Shown here piece by piece: positions 42,634 to 53,039 of a stretch of DNA of 64,000 nucleotides. A program made the position numbers and the translations under genes. The notes under the pieces were generated by a model. That model had not been told where the DNA came from, did no database searches, and saw only the letters and a list, made by a program, of their open reading frames with translations. Numbering within the stretch: the stretch's first letter is position 1; each line of letters opens with the position of its first letter. This DNA is from Histomonas meleagridis 2922-C6/04-290x. Taxonomy: Eukaryota; Protista; Parabasalia. The stretch spans positions 434,001 to 498,000 of the forward strand of contig JAANOX010000278.1 in NCBI GenBank assembly GCA_020184695.1, given 5' to 3'.

Positions 42634-43284
42634 ATGAGACTCACTCTCGCTTATCCAGATCATGGGACACAAATTTGCATTGATGTAGAAGATCCTGTTG
42701 CTCTTAATAGCCTTTACGATCACCGTCTTGGTCAGGACATTGATGGTTCAATTCTTGGACAACAATTTGCAGGATATCTTTTCCGTCTTGGTGGTGGATT
42801 CGACAAGCAAGGATTCCCAATGAAACAAGGTGTTCTTACTCCACGTCGTGTTCGTCTTCTTCTTCGTGCAGGCACATCTTGCTATCGCCCACGTAAGGAT
42901 GGAGAACGCAAGAGGAAAACTGTCCGTGGCTGTGTCATTTCATCAGAAATCTCTGCTCTCCACCTCATAGTTCTTAAGAAGGGTGATGCTGAAATTGAAG
43001 GTCTTACAGATAAAGTCGTTCCACGTCGTTATGGACCAAAGCGTGCTACAAGGATCAGGGCTATCTTTGGTGCTGATAAGAAGGCTGATGTCACCAAGCT
43101 TGTTCTTCGTCGTGAAGTTAAGCCAGGCAAATTCACACAACCAAAAATCCAACGTCTTATCACCCCACGTCGTCTTGCTCGTAAGGCTAAGTTCTTGAAG
43201 GAAAAGAAGGCCCGTAGGGAAGCAGCTGTTAAGAAGGCAGAAGCTTATAAGGCATTACTCGAACAAAGAGGTCTCAAGCACTAA
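42634..43284 (+). CDS. RPS6: 40S ribosomal protein eS6
   Basis: GGFDKQGFPMKQGVL...RVRLLL, CYRPRKDGERKRKTVRGC, PRRYGPKRA and KIQRLITP. Confidence 0.97.
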   Translation: MRLTLAYPDHGTQICIDVEDPVALNSLYDHRLGQDIDGSILGQQFAGYLFRLGGGFDKQGFPMKQGVLTPRRVRLLLRAGTSCYRPRKDGERKRKTVRGCVISSEISALHLIVLKKGDAEIEGLTDKVVPRRYGPKRATRIRAIFGADKKADVTKLVLRREVKPGKFTQPKIQRLITPRRLARKAKFLKEKKARREAAVKKAEAYKALLEQRGLKH

Positions 43285-43531
43285 ACCATTAATTTTGACA
43301 TATTGTTTGATCTATGCTTCTGAATTGGTGTCATTTTAGAATGTATCTTATTTATATATATCTCAAAAAATACATTTAAAAAATAAGGTGCATGAGAATC
43401 TTTCATGTATCTGAGCTATATTATTTAGGTTTCTTTAAAAATATTTTTTTTAATGGCGCTATTTTGATTTTTTTGGTCGCTTAATCCCCAAGGCAAAATG
43501 TAAACCATAGAAACACAAAAACAAAGAGAAA

Positions 43532-44212
43532 ATGGGTTTCAGACCTTGCGAGTCAAGAAATGACCTTCTTAACAGATGGGTTCGTATGAAGAGAGAAGAG
43601 CGTTTTGAGAAGTATTGGGAAAAGCCAACAGATCCTGGTACTGTTCTAACACTTGCCGAATGCGAAAGATGGAGAAAACGTGTACTTGAAACAATGGATG
43701 AAAAACTCACTAGATTATACACAGAGCCAATCCCACCAGCAGAAACGCGTTTTTTGAATGATGAAGTAAATAAAATGATAAAGGAGGTGCGGCGGTGGGA
43801 GATGAGAATAGTGGAGCTAGGGGGTATTGATTATTCCAGAGTAGGGGTGAAAATGCCTGATGGAGATATCCTTAATACAAATAATAATCAATATCAATAT
43901 TTTGGAAGAGCCCGAAATCTACCAGGAGTAAAAGAACTCCTTGAGGAAGAGAGAAAGCAATTAATTGAGAAAGCAACTGGGGCACAAAAAATTAACAAAG
44001 AACAATTAATGGAGAAAGTTAATTCGGATTACTATGGCTTAATGGATGATGAAAAGATAACTGAACAAGAGATAAAATTTGCAATGGACAATAATTATGA
44101 TAACTTTTCATGGGAGCCTGATTTAACACCAGCCAAAATACCACAGCCACATGAAATCCAAATTGGGCTCAACGAGCTGTACTCTGGTAAAACAGCAAGC
44201 GTTATTGTTTGA
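43532..44212 (+). CDS. ISY1: Isy1-like spliceosomal (NTC) protein
   Basis: LLNRW, ECERWR, RFLNDEVNKMIKE.RRWE.RI.ELGG.DY and YQYFGRARNLPGVKEL. Confidence 0.85.
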   Translation: MGFRPCESRNDLLNRWVRMKREERFEKYWEKPTDPGTVLTLAECERWRKRVLETMDEKLTRLYTEPIPPAETRFLNDEVNKMIKEVRRWEMRIVELGGIDYSRVGVKMPDGDILNTNNNQYQYFGRARNLPGVKELLEEERKQLIEKATGAQKINKEQLMEKVNSDYYGLMDDEKITEQEIKFAMDNNYDNFSWEPDLTPAKIPQPHEIQIGLNELYSGKTASVIV

Positions 44213-44617
44213 TTGATGAACTGGGAATCCATAACCTAAAAAACAATTTTTTTGAAATAATTTTTTTTTTTGAAAATGTATAATTACCTAAATTTTTGGT
44301 ACAAACAAAAATCGTTTTGTTCATGTAATGCGTCGTTATTATATTTTTATTTAATTCATATGAAAATTTCATTTTTTGAAATATGTTTCTTCCATTAAAT
44401 AGAACAAAATCTGAATGTCCTATTGTATGCATACATGAAAATTTCATTCAAATTTGCTAAATATTGTTTAATCAATTGCATTGCTAAAGCAATGCTAAAT
44501 TTGAAAATATGATTAAAAATGTATATACTTATTAAATTTTTTTATTTATTGAAGTTGTGCATGCAAACATATTAAAGCATATCAATTATACATAAAAAAA
44601 TAAATAAAATATAAAAA

Positions 44618-45208
44618 TCATTTAGCCATTAAATCTTGTGGGTTCTTAGAACTGTCACCGTTAATGTCATTCCTTAATGAGAAGAAGGTAGCAAAAGGCA
44701 TCAGTATTAAATTGATTCCTGCTTTTTCTACAAAGAAAATCCAAACCAAGGCAATGACCAGTCCTGGAACAAAGCTAACCGCACACATTCCCCATGTTAA
44801 GTAGTTTAAGATTGGCCGAGATATAAATGTTAAAACAGTCAATACAGTCCAAATAATTCCGCTTGATAAATCATGTGATATTTTTGCGATGTACCGATAA
44901 AAAGAGATAATAGCCATTGCAAAGCATATGGCTACATATGTTGATGGAACATAAAAACCGATATAACACGTTTCTTCTAATGTTTCCATTCCAAATGCTG
45001 ACTTTAGTATAAATTCATTAATAAAAGCTGTAACTGCAATCATAAGGAGGTTAGAAAAAGTTGTTAATCTCTTTGTTGTTAATAGTCTGAATATTTGTGA
45101 AAAAATTCCCATTGGAGCTAGAGGTATCATAAGAGAGAACAGTAAGGTCCACTTCCTATTTTCATCCCAACAACTTTTCCAGAACCAGAGATAATGAATC
45201 TTTCTCAT
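44618..45208 (-). CDS. PAP2/dolichyl-diphosphatase-like membrane protein with degenerate catalytic motifs
   Basis: NEFILK...C..G..VPSTY...SRPILNY layout; PSGH becomes PSTY and the third-motif His is absent. Confidence 0.5.
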   Translation of the reverse strand: MRKIHYLWFWKSCWDENRKWTLLFSLMIPLAPMGIFSQIFRLLTTKRLTTFSNLLMIAVTAFINEFILKSAFGMETLEETCYIGFYVPSTYVAICFAMAIISFYRYIAKISHDLSSGIIWTVLTVLTFISRPILNYLTWGMCAVSFVPGLVIALVWIFFVEKAGINLILMPFATFFSLRNDINGDSSKNPQDLMAK

Positions 45209-45283
45209 TTTCCAAGTTTTTTTAATGATTTTCATATCACATTTCACATAATTTATATTTCACGTCACATTACACAAATTTCG

Positions 45284-46495
45284 ATGAGTGAGACACAAAA
45301 CGCTGATCAGACAAAAAAACATCCAGCAATTCTTGATATTGACATGAATCACTCATCGAAAGATTCGATAGTTTTATCAATTTTTCTTTTATTTTTCTTT
45401 GCATTTGCCATGTTTAATAATATATTTGATTCCGAAGTATATGTAGAAGAATCAACATTTCCTTTTGATACAAATTGCCAAACAAAATTAAAGCATGTTG
45501 CATTTGAATTAAGTTCAATGAAAATGGATAATTGTCCAATGAAGATCGATATTTCATTTAAAATTAATAATAACATTATTAAACCTTTTTATAACATCTC
45601 ATTTGATGTTGCAATGACTCATACATATCAAAGCAAGTCATATTTATTCCATCGTTTTCAGCATAGATATGCTTTATTTGGTTCATCCAAGCCTGGTATG
45701 GTCACTGATCCAGTTACTATTTATACAGGTATGGTTCCCAAATATGATTCTCTCTTTATATCATTAACTGCTCGCGAAGATATCAGTGAATTCAGTTCAT
45801 TAGTTGCCACTGTTTATTATGATCCATCACCCACTGATTTGTCATATTTCTTTACTATTTTTGCATGTGTTTCATGTACTATTTTACTCATCAATCACAT
45901 CATCAATTTTTGGTATCATCGAAAAGAAATCATACCAAAAGAATTCTATGTTACCTTTGTTTTATTGGTCATTGGAGCCATTATCTTTTGGGTATTAATG
46001 TTTTCTGGCTTGAATTCGTTTTTTGGCGAATCATTGGTTTCGGTTTATTCTGCCGCATTGAGAGGGTTCTCAATTTGGGTCATTTTGAATTTGGTTGTAA
46101 AGGACACATCAAAGCTGAACATCATCATCATCCTGTTGTCTTCAGCAATTGCCGCAGTTGAGGTAAGTGAGGCGGGTATAATATATGCATCTGTTTCGGA
46201 GCTAACAAAATTAGATTTCCCTTTAATTATTTTGTACGATTGCATTTTCCTTGTTACAGCCGTTTACGGAAATATGAAAATAGAGGAGAAGAAGAAATCC
46301 AAATTATCCAAATATTTGGTGTTGGGAACTCTAATGATGTTTTATTGTACTTTTATATCACTGAGATTAAGTGATAGTAACTATGATAGAATGAGAAATA
46401 CCATTCAGTTCTTTAAAAGAGTTGTGGTATTCGGTTATTTAATGTGCATTGTGTCATTCCATGTGATTCAGATTCAGAAGGTGAAAGGTGAATAA
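45284..46495 (+). CDS. Multi-pass membrane protein (one TM, lumenal domain, about 7 TM), TMEM181/Wntless-like topology
   Basis: Hydropathy pattern only; likely ATG at 45284. Confidence 0.5.
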   Translation: MSETQNADQTKKHPAILDIDMNHSSKDSIVLSIFLLFFFAFAMFNNIFDSEVYVEESTFPFDTNCQTKLKHVAFELSSMKMDNCPMKIDISFKINNNIIKPFYNISFDVAMTHTYQSKSYLFHRFQHRYALFGSSKPGMVTDPVTIYTGMVPKYDSLFISLTAREDISEFSSLVATVYYDPSPTDLSYFFTIFACVSCTILLINHIINFWYHRKEIIPKEFYVTFVLLVIGAIIFWVLMFSGLNSFFGESLVSVYSAALRGFSIWVILNLVVKDTSKLNIIIILLSSAIAAVEVSEAGIIYASVSELTKLDFPLIILYDCIFLVTAVYGNMKIEEKKKSKLSKYLVLGTLMMFYCTFISLRLSDSNYDRMRNTIQFFKRVVVFGYLMCIVSFHVIQIQKVKGE

Positions 46496-47049
46496 GTTTT
46501 TGTGGATTATTTTTTTGTAGTTTGATCAAACAGAAATGTTAAATAAAAAAATGTTTAAAAAAACGATTTTTCATCGAACATACGCAGTACCTTTAACTTA
46601 ATTTATTGATGAAAATATTTTCACCAGATAGAAGGGAAGATCAGACATGTGATATGAAATGGAGCGTTCCGAAGTAAATTTGATTTAAAATCTTTACGAA
46701 TTCTTTCATTATGACTTCTATATATAACATGGTTTTCATAACATTTTGATACGAGAGAATGTGTGATTAAAATCAATAGATTGACCTTTGTTACAATCAA
46801 CTTCAAGTACAGAGCGAACAAAAAGATGAATTGGTTAGTAAAAATGAATGTTTTTAAAGATTTATTAAAAAGTAGGTATTGTTTGATTTGGAAGTTGGGC
46901 TTTGCTTTACCCGATAAGAGCAGTAAAAATCGACATTAAAAAGTGTCAAACAGTAAAACGCTCAAATTTTGAATTGATAGATACGATAATTCAATTGTTG
47001 TAACGCTCTTCACTTCACCCAATGCATTTTTTATTTTTACTCATAAATA

Positions 47050-49635
47050 TTATTCCTTAACCAAAAATGATGGTGGCCTTACATGTTGTCTTACACTATA
47101 TCTTCTTCTTACCGCTACTCCTGGTTCGCGAGGTTGTTCTCTCACGGTTTGCGCTGGTGTCTCCGTTTGCACGTCATCGTTCGTGAGTATACTTGGCGGC
47201 GGCGCTCCTCCGATGACAGTGCCAGAACGGCGCTTGTTCATTGGGACACCCATCGGCCCTCCCATCGGTGCGCCCATTGGCATTCCCATGGGCCTTCCCA
47301 TCGGAGTGTCCTTGAACATAACAAGACGCTCTCTGATGCTTCCGCGCCGCTCAGGAGGATTATTGTTCCGATTCGGCGCTGGCGGATTTTCGCGTGTCTG
47401 TGGCGGTGGCGCTGCAGGCGGCGTTGACGATGGCGATGGTGATGGCTGTAGAGCTGGTGGCGTTCTTTGGAATGCTGACATTCGGTTCCGAACTGATGAT
47501 GATGAAGAAGAAGGTGCGGGTGAGGGTGCGGGCGATGGCGCAGCATTGTTTCGCTGGAAGGCAGAGAGCCTATCACGAATGGAGCTGCCGGATGAGGATG
47601 CTGGCGATGGTTTAGGTGGCTGTGCGCGGAGTGTTGGCTGGGGAGGCGGCTGTGCTGTTGGCGATGGTGCTGGAGTAAACTGTGTGCGGAGCCTTGGCGA
47701 AGGAGGTGCTGCAGTAGGCTGTTGCGGCGGCGGTGCTGTTGGTGGAGGTGCTGGTGTAAACTGTGTGCGAAGCTTTGGCGAAGGAGGTGCTGCGGTAGGC
47801 TGTTGCGGTGGTGCTGGAGTAAATTGTGTGCGGAGCCTTGGTGAAGGCGGTGCTGCGGTAGGTTCATGTTGAGGTGGTGCTGAAGTAGATGGAGCTGGCT
47901 TTGACGGTTGTGTTGTCGGCGCAGGTGTTGCTGTTGTTGCTGGCTTAGGAGGCTGTGTATGCTGTGTTGATGTTGATGATGTTGTCGCTGTTGTTGTTGG
48001 TTTAGGAGGCTGTGTATGCTGTGTTGATGTTGTTGATGGTGTTGTTGTTGGTTTAGGAGGCTGTGCGTGCTGTGTTGATGTTGTTGTTGGTTTAGGAGGC
48101 TGTGTATGCTGTGTTGATGTTGTTGATGTTGTTGTTGTTGGCTTAGGAGGCTGTGTATGCTGTGTTGATGTTGATGATGTTGATGGTGTTGTTGTTGGTT
48201 TAGGAGGCTGTGCGTGCTGTGTTGATGTTGTTGATGTTGTTGTTGTTGGTTTAGGAGGCTGTGTATGCTGTGTTGATGTTGTTGATGTTGTTGTTGTTGG
48301 TTTAGGAGGCTGTGCGTGCTGTGTTGATGTTGTTGTTGGTTTAGGAGGCTGTGTATGCTGTGTTGATGTTGTTGATGGTGTTGTTGTTGGTTTAGGAGGC
48401 TGTGCGTGCTGTGTTGATGTTGTTGTTGGTTTAGGAGGCTGTGTATGCTGTGTTGATGTTGTTGATGGTGTTGTTGTTGGTTTAGGAGGCTGTGCGTGCT
48501 GTGTTGATGTTGTTGTTGGTTTAGGAGGCTGTGTATGCTGTGTTGATGTTGTTGATGTTGTTGTTGTTGGCTTAGGAGGCTGTGTATGCTGTGTTGATGT
48601 TGATGATGTTGATGGTGTTGTTGTTGGTTTAGGAGGCTGTGTATGCTGTGTTGATGTTGTTGATGTTGTTGTTGTTGGTTTAGGAGGCTGTGCGTGCTGT
48701 GTTGATGTTGTTGATGGTGTTGTTGTTGGTTTAGGAGGCTGTGTATGCTGTGTTGATGTTGTTGATGGTGTTGTTGCTGGCTTAGGAGGCTGTGTATGCT
48801 GTGTTGATGTTGATGGTGTTGTCGCTGTTGTTGTTGGTTTAGGAGGCTGTGTGCGAAATGAATTTGCGGGTGCAGGTGCTGTATGCTGTGGTGCGGCGTT
48901 ATTTTTCCAAGCAGCAAGCCTATCACGCATGGACATACCTGTGGACGAAGAAGTTGTTGATGGTTTTGACTGTACTGTTGTTGGCGTTGGTTTTGACTGT
49001 ACTGGAGTTGTTGGTTTTGTCTGTTCACCTGTTGTCGAAGTTTTTGGTTTTGCTTGTGTTGTTGTTGCTGATGTCGTAGGTGTTGTTGGCTTTGATTGTA
49101 CTGTTGTTGTAGATGTTGTTGGCTTTGATTGTACTGTTGTTGTAGATGTTGTTGGCTTCGATTGTGCTGTTGATGTTGCTGGTGTTGCTGGTTTTGTTTG
49201 TGCTGTAGTTGTTCTTGAATTTTGTTGTGGTGTTGAAGCATTACTTCTTCCTTGGAATACTGAAAGTCTGTCTTTCATAGACATTCCTGTTGATGTTCCT
49301 GTTGAAGTTGGTGGGTGTGAGGATGTTGTTTGTTGTTGGCGTTGCTGGACTGTATTAGTTTGACTAGGAGTTGATGGATGTTGTGCTTGCGTTGGTTTCG
49401 AAACATTTGATTGAGGCGTTGCTTGCGCCGGTTGATTTGTTGTATTAGCCGTATACGCCTGTGGTGGCTTTGGTTGAGTTGAAGCAGATGCATTGCTTTT
49501 TCCTGAGAAAGCTGATATTCTATCTCTCATAGAAGTTCCTGTGGATCGAAAAGCCGATGCCTGACCAGGCTGCGGAGGGTTTCCTTGGTTCGCATTATTT
49601 TGGAAAGCATTAATCCGATCCCTGAAAGAACTCAT
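47050..49635 (-). CDS. Low-complexity T/Q/P-rich protein with tandem repeats and a recurring S(M/I)RDRLxxF motif
   Basis: 861-aa ORF with 19 QPPKP units, three PTAAPPSP(R/K)LRTQFTPAP units, seven RDR-type motifs and a GMPMG tail. Confidence 0.8.
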   Translation of the reverse strand: MSSFRDRINAFQNNANQGNPPQPGQASAFRSTGTSMRDRISAFSGKSNASASTQPKPPQAYTANTTNQPAQATPQSNVSKPTQAQHPSTPSQTNTVQQRQQQTTSSHPPTSTGTSTGMSMKDRLSVFQGRSNASTPQQNSRTTTAQTKPATPATSTAQSKPTTSTTTVQSKPTTSTTTVQSKPTTPTTSATTTQAKPKTSTTGEQTKPTTPVQSKPTPTTVQSKPSTTSSSTGMSMRDRLAAWKNNAAPQHTAPAPANSFRTQPPKPTTTATTPSTSTQHTQPPKPATTPSTTSTQHTQPPKPTTTPSTTSTQHAQPPKPTTTTSTTSTQHTQPPKPTTTPSTSSTSTQHTQPPKPTTTTSTTSTQHTQPPKPTTTSTQHAQPPKPTTTPSTTSTQHTQPPKPTTTSTQHAQPPKPTTTPSTTSTQHTQPPKPTTTSTQHAQPPKPTTTTSTTSTQHTQPPKPTTTTSTTSTQHAQPPKPTTTPSTSSTSTQHTQPPKPTTTTSTTSTQHTQPPKPTTTSTQHAQPPKPTTTPSTTSTQHTQPPKPTTTATTSSTSTQHTQPPKPATTATPAPTTQPSKPAPSTSAPPQHEPTAAPPSPRLRTQFTPAPPQQPTAAPPSPKLRTQFTPAPPPTAPPPQQPTAAPPSPRLRTQFTPAPSPTAQPPPQPTLRAQPPKPSPASSSGSSIRDRLSAFQRNNAAPSPAPSPAPSSSSSSVRNRMSAFQRTPPALQPSPSPSSTPPAAPPPQTRENPPAPNRNNNPPERRGSIRERLVMFKDTPMGRPMGMPMGAPMGGPMGVPMNKRRSGTVIGGAPPPSILTNDDVQTETPAQTVREQPREPGVAVRRRYSVRQHVRPPSFLVKE
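47935..48855 (-). repeat. Coding minisatellite: 19 units of 13/17/19/20 codons ((T/A)QPPKPTTT...STQH)
   Basis: Counted from the translation; DNA core ttaggaggctgtg(ta/cg)tgctgtgttgatg. Confidence 0.95.
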
Positions 49636-50514
49636 GTTTGCGCGTAATAAATGTCAGTTATTAATTGAAATTATCGTCATATAAACGTTCGAAAATGTCC
49701 TTTATCAATTTGAAAAGCGGCAAAAATTAGTTTCTTTCAATTTATTATGGGGAAAATTAAATGACTTTAACTTCAATTTGAAGAAGAGATAAAACATTAA
49801 AACTCAAATTTAAGTATGCACGCTACTTGGAGTTTTTAACTTTAAAGAAACTTTTTTATTATAATATTATTTCGAATTAACCCAAATTATTTATCATATA
49901 GATATGTATTAGGTTATTTGTTCTGGAATTTTCCTTTGGAATGGCTTCAATTTTGGATTTTGAGCGAAAATAATGGATTCTTGTTAAATCACAATCATCC
50001 AATTGGATTCATTAATGAAAGTTATTTAATCGTTTTGCACGGTTTTCGTGAGTCCCTTTAAAAGTGATGACTGTAATGTTACAGTTTTTAGGGGGGGTTA
50101 AGAAAATATTAACTCAGTCTGTTTGCATAAGAAAAATTCAAATAACATGTCTGTTTATTTAACCGTTATTTCTTTGCTTTGCAATTTCTAGCAAAAAAAT
50201 TTGCCTTTTAATGTGCAAAAATAAAAATGAGAATTTTAATAAGTTATAATCGTTATAAAATGTTATAACATTTTTTGTTTTAAGATTTTATAAATGATTA
50301 AATGTACTCAGTGAAATTCGTTTTTGGAAAAAAATGAGTTAGCTTTTTTGTTCGTTAAGCATGGCTTTGTTCTTTTTGGCTACGTTTTTGGTTGGCTGGT
50401 TTTGCAAAGCACAAAAGGTGAACTTCCTGGTGAAGTAAATTTGAGAGCAAAACCGTCTTTAAAGCACTTTTGATTGATGTGATAGTTGATGTTAAATCAC
50501 TTCATTTTTATATT

Positions 50515-50778
50515 ATGTCCCAAGAGCAAGTTGAGCAAACAACAACTGAACAACAAAGCCAAGAAGAAGCGAAGGTAGAGACTAAAGAACAAGAACAAAT
50601 TGAAACTACAATTGAAGATAATCATCTTCCTCCAGAAGCTGAAGAAAACAATGTAAATACACCTGTCGAAACACCAGGAGAAGATAAAGTCGAAGAAGCC
50701 AATGAGGAAACTGAAAACGAGAAAGTTTTAGAGCAAAGTGCTGAAGACAAGTCTACACAAGCTGCAGTTACTGAATAA
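50515..50778 (+). CDS. Small acidic (E/Q/T-rich) disordered protein
   Basis: ATG at 50515 follows an Inr-like TCACTTCATT; coding-like composition. Confidence 0.6.
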   Translation: MSQEQVEQTTTEQQSQEEAKVETKEQEQIETTIEDNHLPPEAEENNVNTPVETPGEDKVEEANEETENEKVLEQSAEDKSTQAAVTE

Positions 50779-51190
50779 AATTTTGCTGCAAAGAAATTTC
50801 TTCTGTTTTTTCCAAAAGAAAACAGAATTTTTTGTTAAAAAATTGAAAATCCAAATATAAATTGATCAATTTAAAACACTTCTCGCTTGGTTTGCGGAAG
50901 AAAATGTTTGCGGAAACGAGTACATCCTAATGCACATGAAACCGTATGATTCACATTATATTATATTATATGAATATATATATATCTATATATATTTCTC
51001 TCTAATAATGAATATATGAATAAGATTAATAACTATAATGGACTTTCGCTTGTAAAGCACCGTGAGCGTTTGCTTATAAGTTGTTAATTTTGTGGTACAT
51101 TTGGAGCTATTGATGAATTAGAAGTGACGATTAAAACCGTGGTGTAAAATATACGTTAAGCATTTGACCGGTTAAAACGTTATTTTCCAG

Positions 51191-51769
51191 ATGTTTCGCG
51201 ATCGATATCAAGCAGGGTTTTTAAATTTGTTTTATTCTGTTGGTTCCAAACCTCTAAGTATATGGGATCAGCATGTAGAAAATGGGTATATTAAAAGAAT
51301 CACAGATCAAGACATTAGAAGTTGTGTCATTGAAATCGTAAGTACAAATGTAAATAGCACATATATAACATGTCCTAAAGGACCTAGAGAAGAACTTGGA
51401 ATCAAATTACCATTTCTTGTTTTGGTTCTCAAATATCTCAAAAAATATTTTACTTTTGAAATTCAAGTTTTGGATGATATGAACATGCGCCGTAGGTTCA
51501 GAGCTTCAAATTATCAGTCCAAAACGCGCGTGAAGCCTTTTGTTTGTACTCTTCCAATGCGTTTAGATCCAGGCTGGAACCAAATTCAATTCAACCTTTC
51601 CGACTTCACACGCCGCGCTTATGGTACAAACTATCTTGAAACTCTTAGAGTTAGTGTTTATGCAAATTGTAGAATTAGGCGAATTTACTTTAGTGATCGT
51701 CTATATACAGAAGACGAAGTGCCACCTGAATATCGCCTTATACCTAATAAAACTGAAAGCGAAGAATGA
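51191..51769 (+). CDS. CFAP20: Cilia- and flagella-associated protein 20 (BUG22/GTL3)
   Basis: [42 protein letters not shown] and [21 protein letters not shown]. Confidence 0.97.
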   Translation: MFRDRYQAGFLNLFYSVGSKPLSIWDQHVENGYIKRITDQDIRSCVIEIVSTNVNSTYITCPKGPREELGIKLPFLVLVLKYLKKYFTFEIQVLDDMNMRRRFRASNYQSKTRVKPFVCTLPMRLDPGWNQIQFNLSDFTRRAYGTNYLETLRVSVYANCRIRRIYFSDRLYTEDEVPPEYRLIPNKTESEE

Positions 51770-51859
51770 GCAAATTGTCAAGCAATGTATAAAGGAGCAC
51801 CTTTATAAAATTATCACAAAATAAAAAAACGTTATATAAATATTTGAAAAAGTCGTGTA

Positions 51860-52606
51860 ATGTTCTCTAAATATTCAATGTTTAAATGGTCAGAGCAAAT
51901 GAACGTTGCAAACACTGAAAGATACAAAGAATGGCAAAAACAATACTCGTCAGTATTTGTTCCAGAAAATCTCCAGAGATCAGATGAGACCAAGTTAATA
52001 GAAGGTTATTCTGTTCATTCAAAATTTTTTCAGGGAGGAGAGAATTCTTTATCAGCTTATGAAAATGAATTGGTTGATTATCAAGGGCAAGTGATTTATA
52101 GGTGGAGGAACTTAGATTCTCATCAAAGTTTGTCGATGTTTAAACATCGAAATGGGAATCATTATCTTGTGTTTCAGATAGAGTTATATGGATATAGTGT
52201 GTATGAGTTAGAAGCTGGGAAGGAAATGCATTTTGTGCCATTACAAGTTCATCCTGAAAATAAAAAAAATTTTGTTGAAGTATTCATCTGGACATCGGCT
52301 GACTATGATCCGAATAGTGATCTTTTGGCCGTAGGTGGCTGTTATTGGGCATGCCCTTGGTCAACAATTGTTGTTGATTTTGCAGATCCTCTCCATGAAC
52401 AACCTGTCGAGCATTGGTTGTATGTCGAAGATTTAATTGATTCCAAGCAAATTGATGGCGATGTGGATTTCGAAAGTTGGGTCGACGGAAATCTTCTACT
52501 TAATATCAATTCCGAAAATCAACATAAAATTCTATTACCAATATCAAACATAAAAAACGCCTTGATAGAACTTAAGGCAAAAGATAGGGTGTGCGACTTA
52601 ATCTAA
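51860..52606 (+). CDS. Hypothetical protein of bacterial appearance
   Basis: Intact 248-aa ORF with LYGYSV, FIWT and LAVGGCYWACPW motifs that I associate with uncharacterised bacterial proteins (recalled, not searched). Confidence 0.65.
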   Translation: MFSKYSMFKWSEQMNVANTERYKEWQKQYSSVFVPENLQRSDETKLIEGYSVHSKFFQGGENSLSAYENELVDYQGQVIYRWRNLDSHQSLSMFKHRNGNHYLVFQIELYGYSVYELEAGKEMHFVPLQVHPENKKNFVEVFIWTSADYDPNSDLLAVGGCYWACPWSTIVVDFADPLHEQPVEHWLYVEDLIDSKQIDGDVDFESWVDGNLLLNINSENQHKILLPISNIKNALIELKAKDRVCDLI

Positions 52607-53039
52607 CGTCTTCGATTTTTGAAACTCATTCCAAATTTTTCATAATGAAATAACGACTTATAAATATTTTTCTCTATACAATTTTCTTTTTTTCACAAAC
52701 ATTTTGATCAATGCGAACAATAATTAAAATATTTTTTGACTTCTAATTTTAAAGAAAACATCTCTAAACAAAATGATTTTTGGTAATATCAAAACGAGTT
52801 TATACCTTAATAATTTCGATTAAAGTGAAAATATAGACATAACTATCATAGCATTGTTTGCTAAATTTTATATTATATTTGTAAAAAAGATAATATTCTA
52901 AATAAATAGGAAATTATGCATAACATTATTTTCTAGATTATCTACCTCTTTCAGAAGAAACACATTCTTTTATTTAATATTCAAACATAAACACAAAAAA
53001 ATACCACAATTTTATTGTTTTATTGCAACCATTGTGAAG

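Noticed and set aside
47183-47872. Antisense Gly/Ala-rich ORFs over the Pro-rich region (also 48851-49363)
   Set aside because: They mirror CCx/ACx codons on the coding strand and have no independent features.
47935-48855. Regularly spaced direct repeats resembling a CRISPR array
   Set aside because: The 'spacers' are repeated in-frame Thr/Ser codons, not unique sequences; there are no cas genes and the context is eukaryotic.
47238-49241. 667-aa Q/H-rich ORF in a second frame of the repeat gene
   Set aside because: It is a by-product of ACA/CAA/CAT-rich repeats that lack stops and has no ATG start. The 861-aa frame holds the conserved motifs.
50064-50090. Perfect C box GTGATGA followed by a ctgtaa/ttacag hairpin
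   Set aside because: No D box (CTGA) lies at snoRNA distance downstream.
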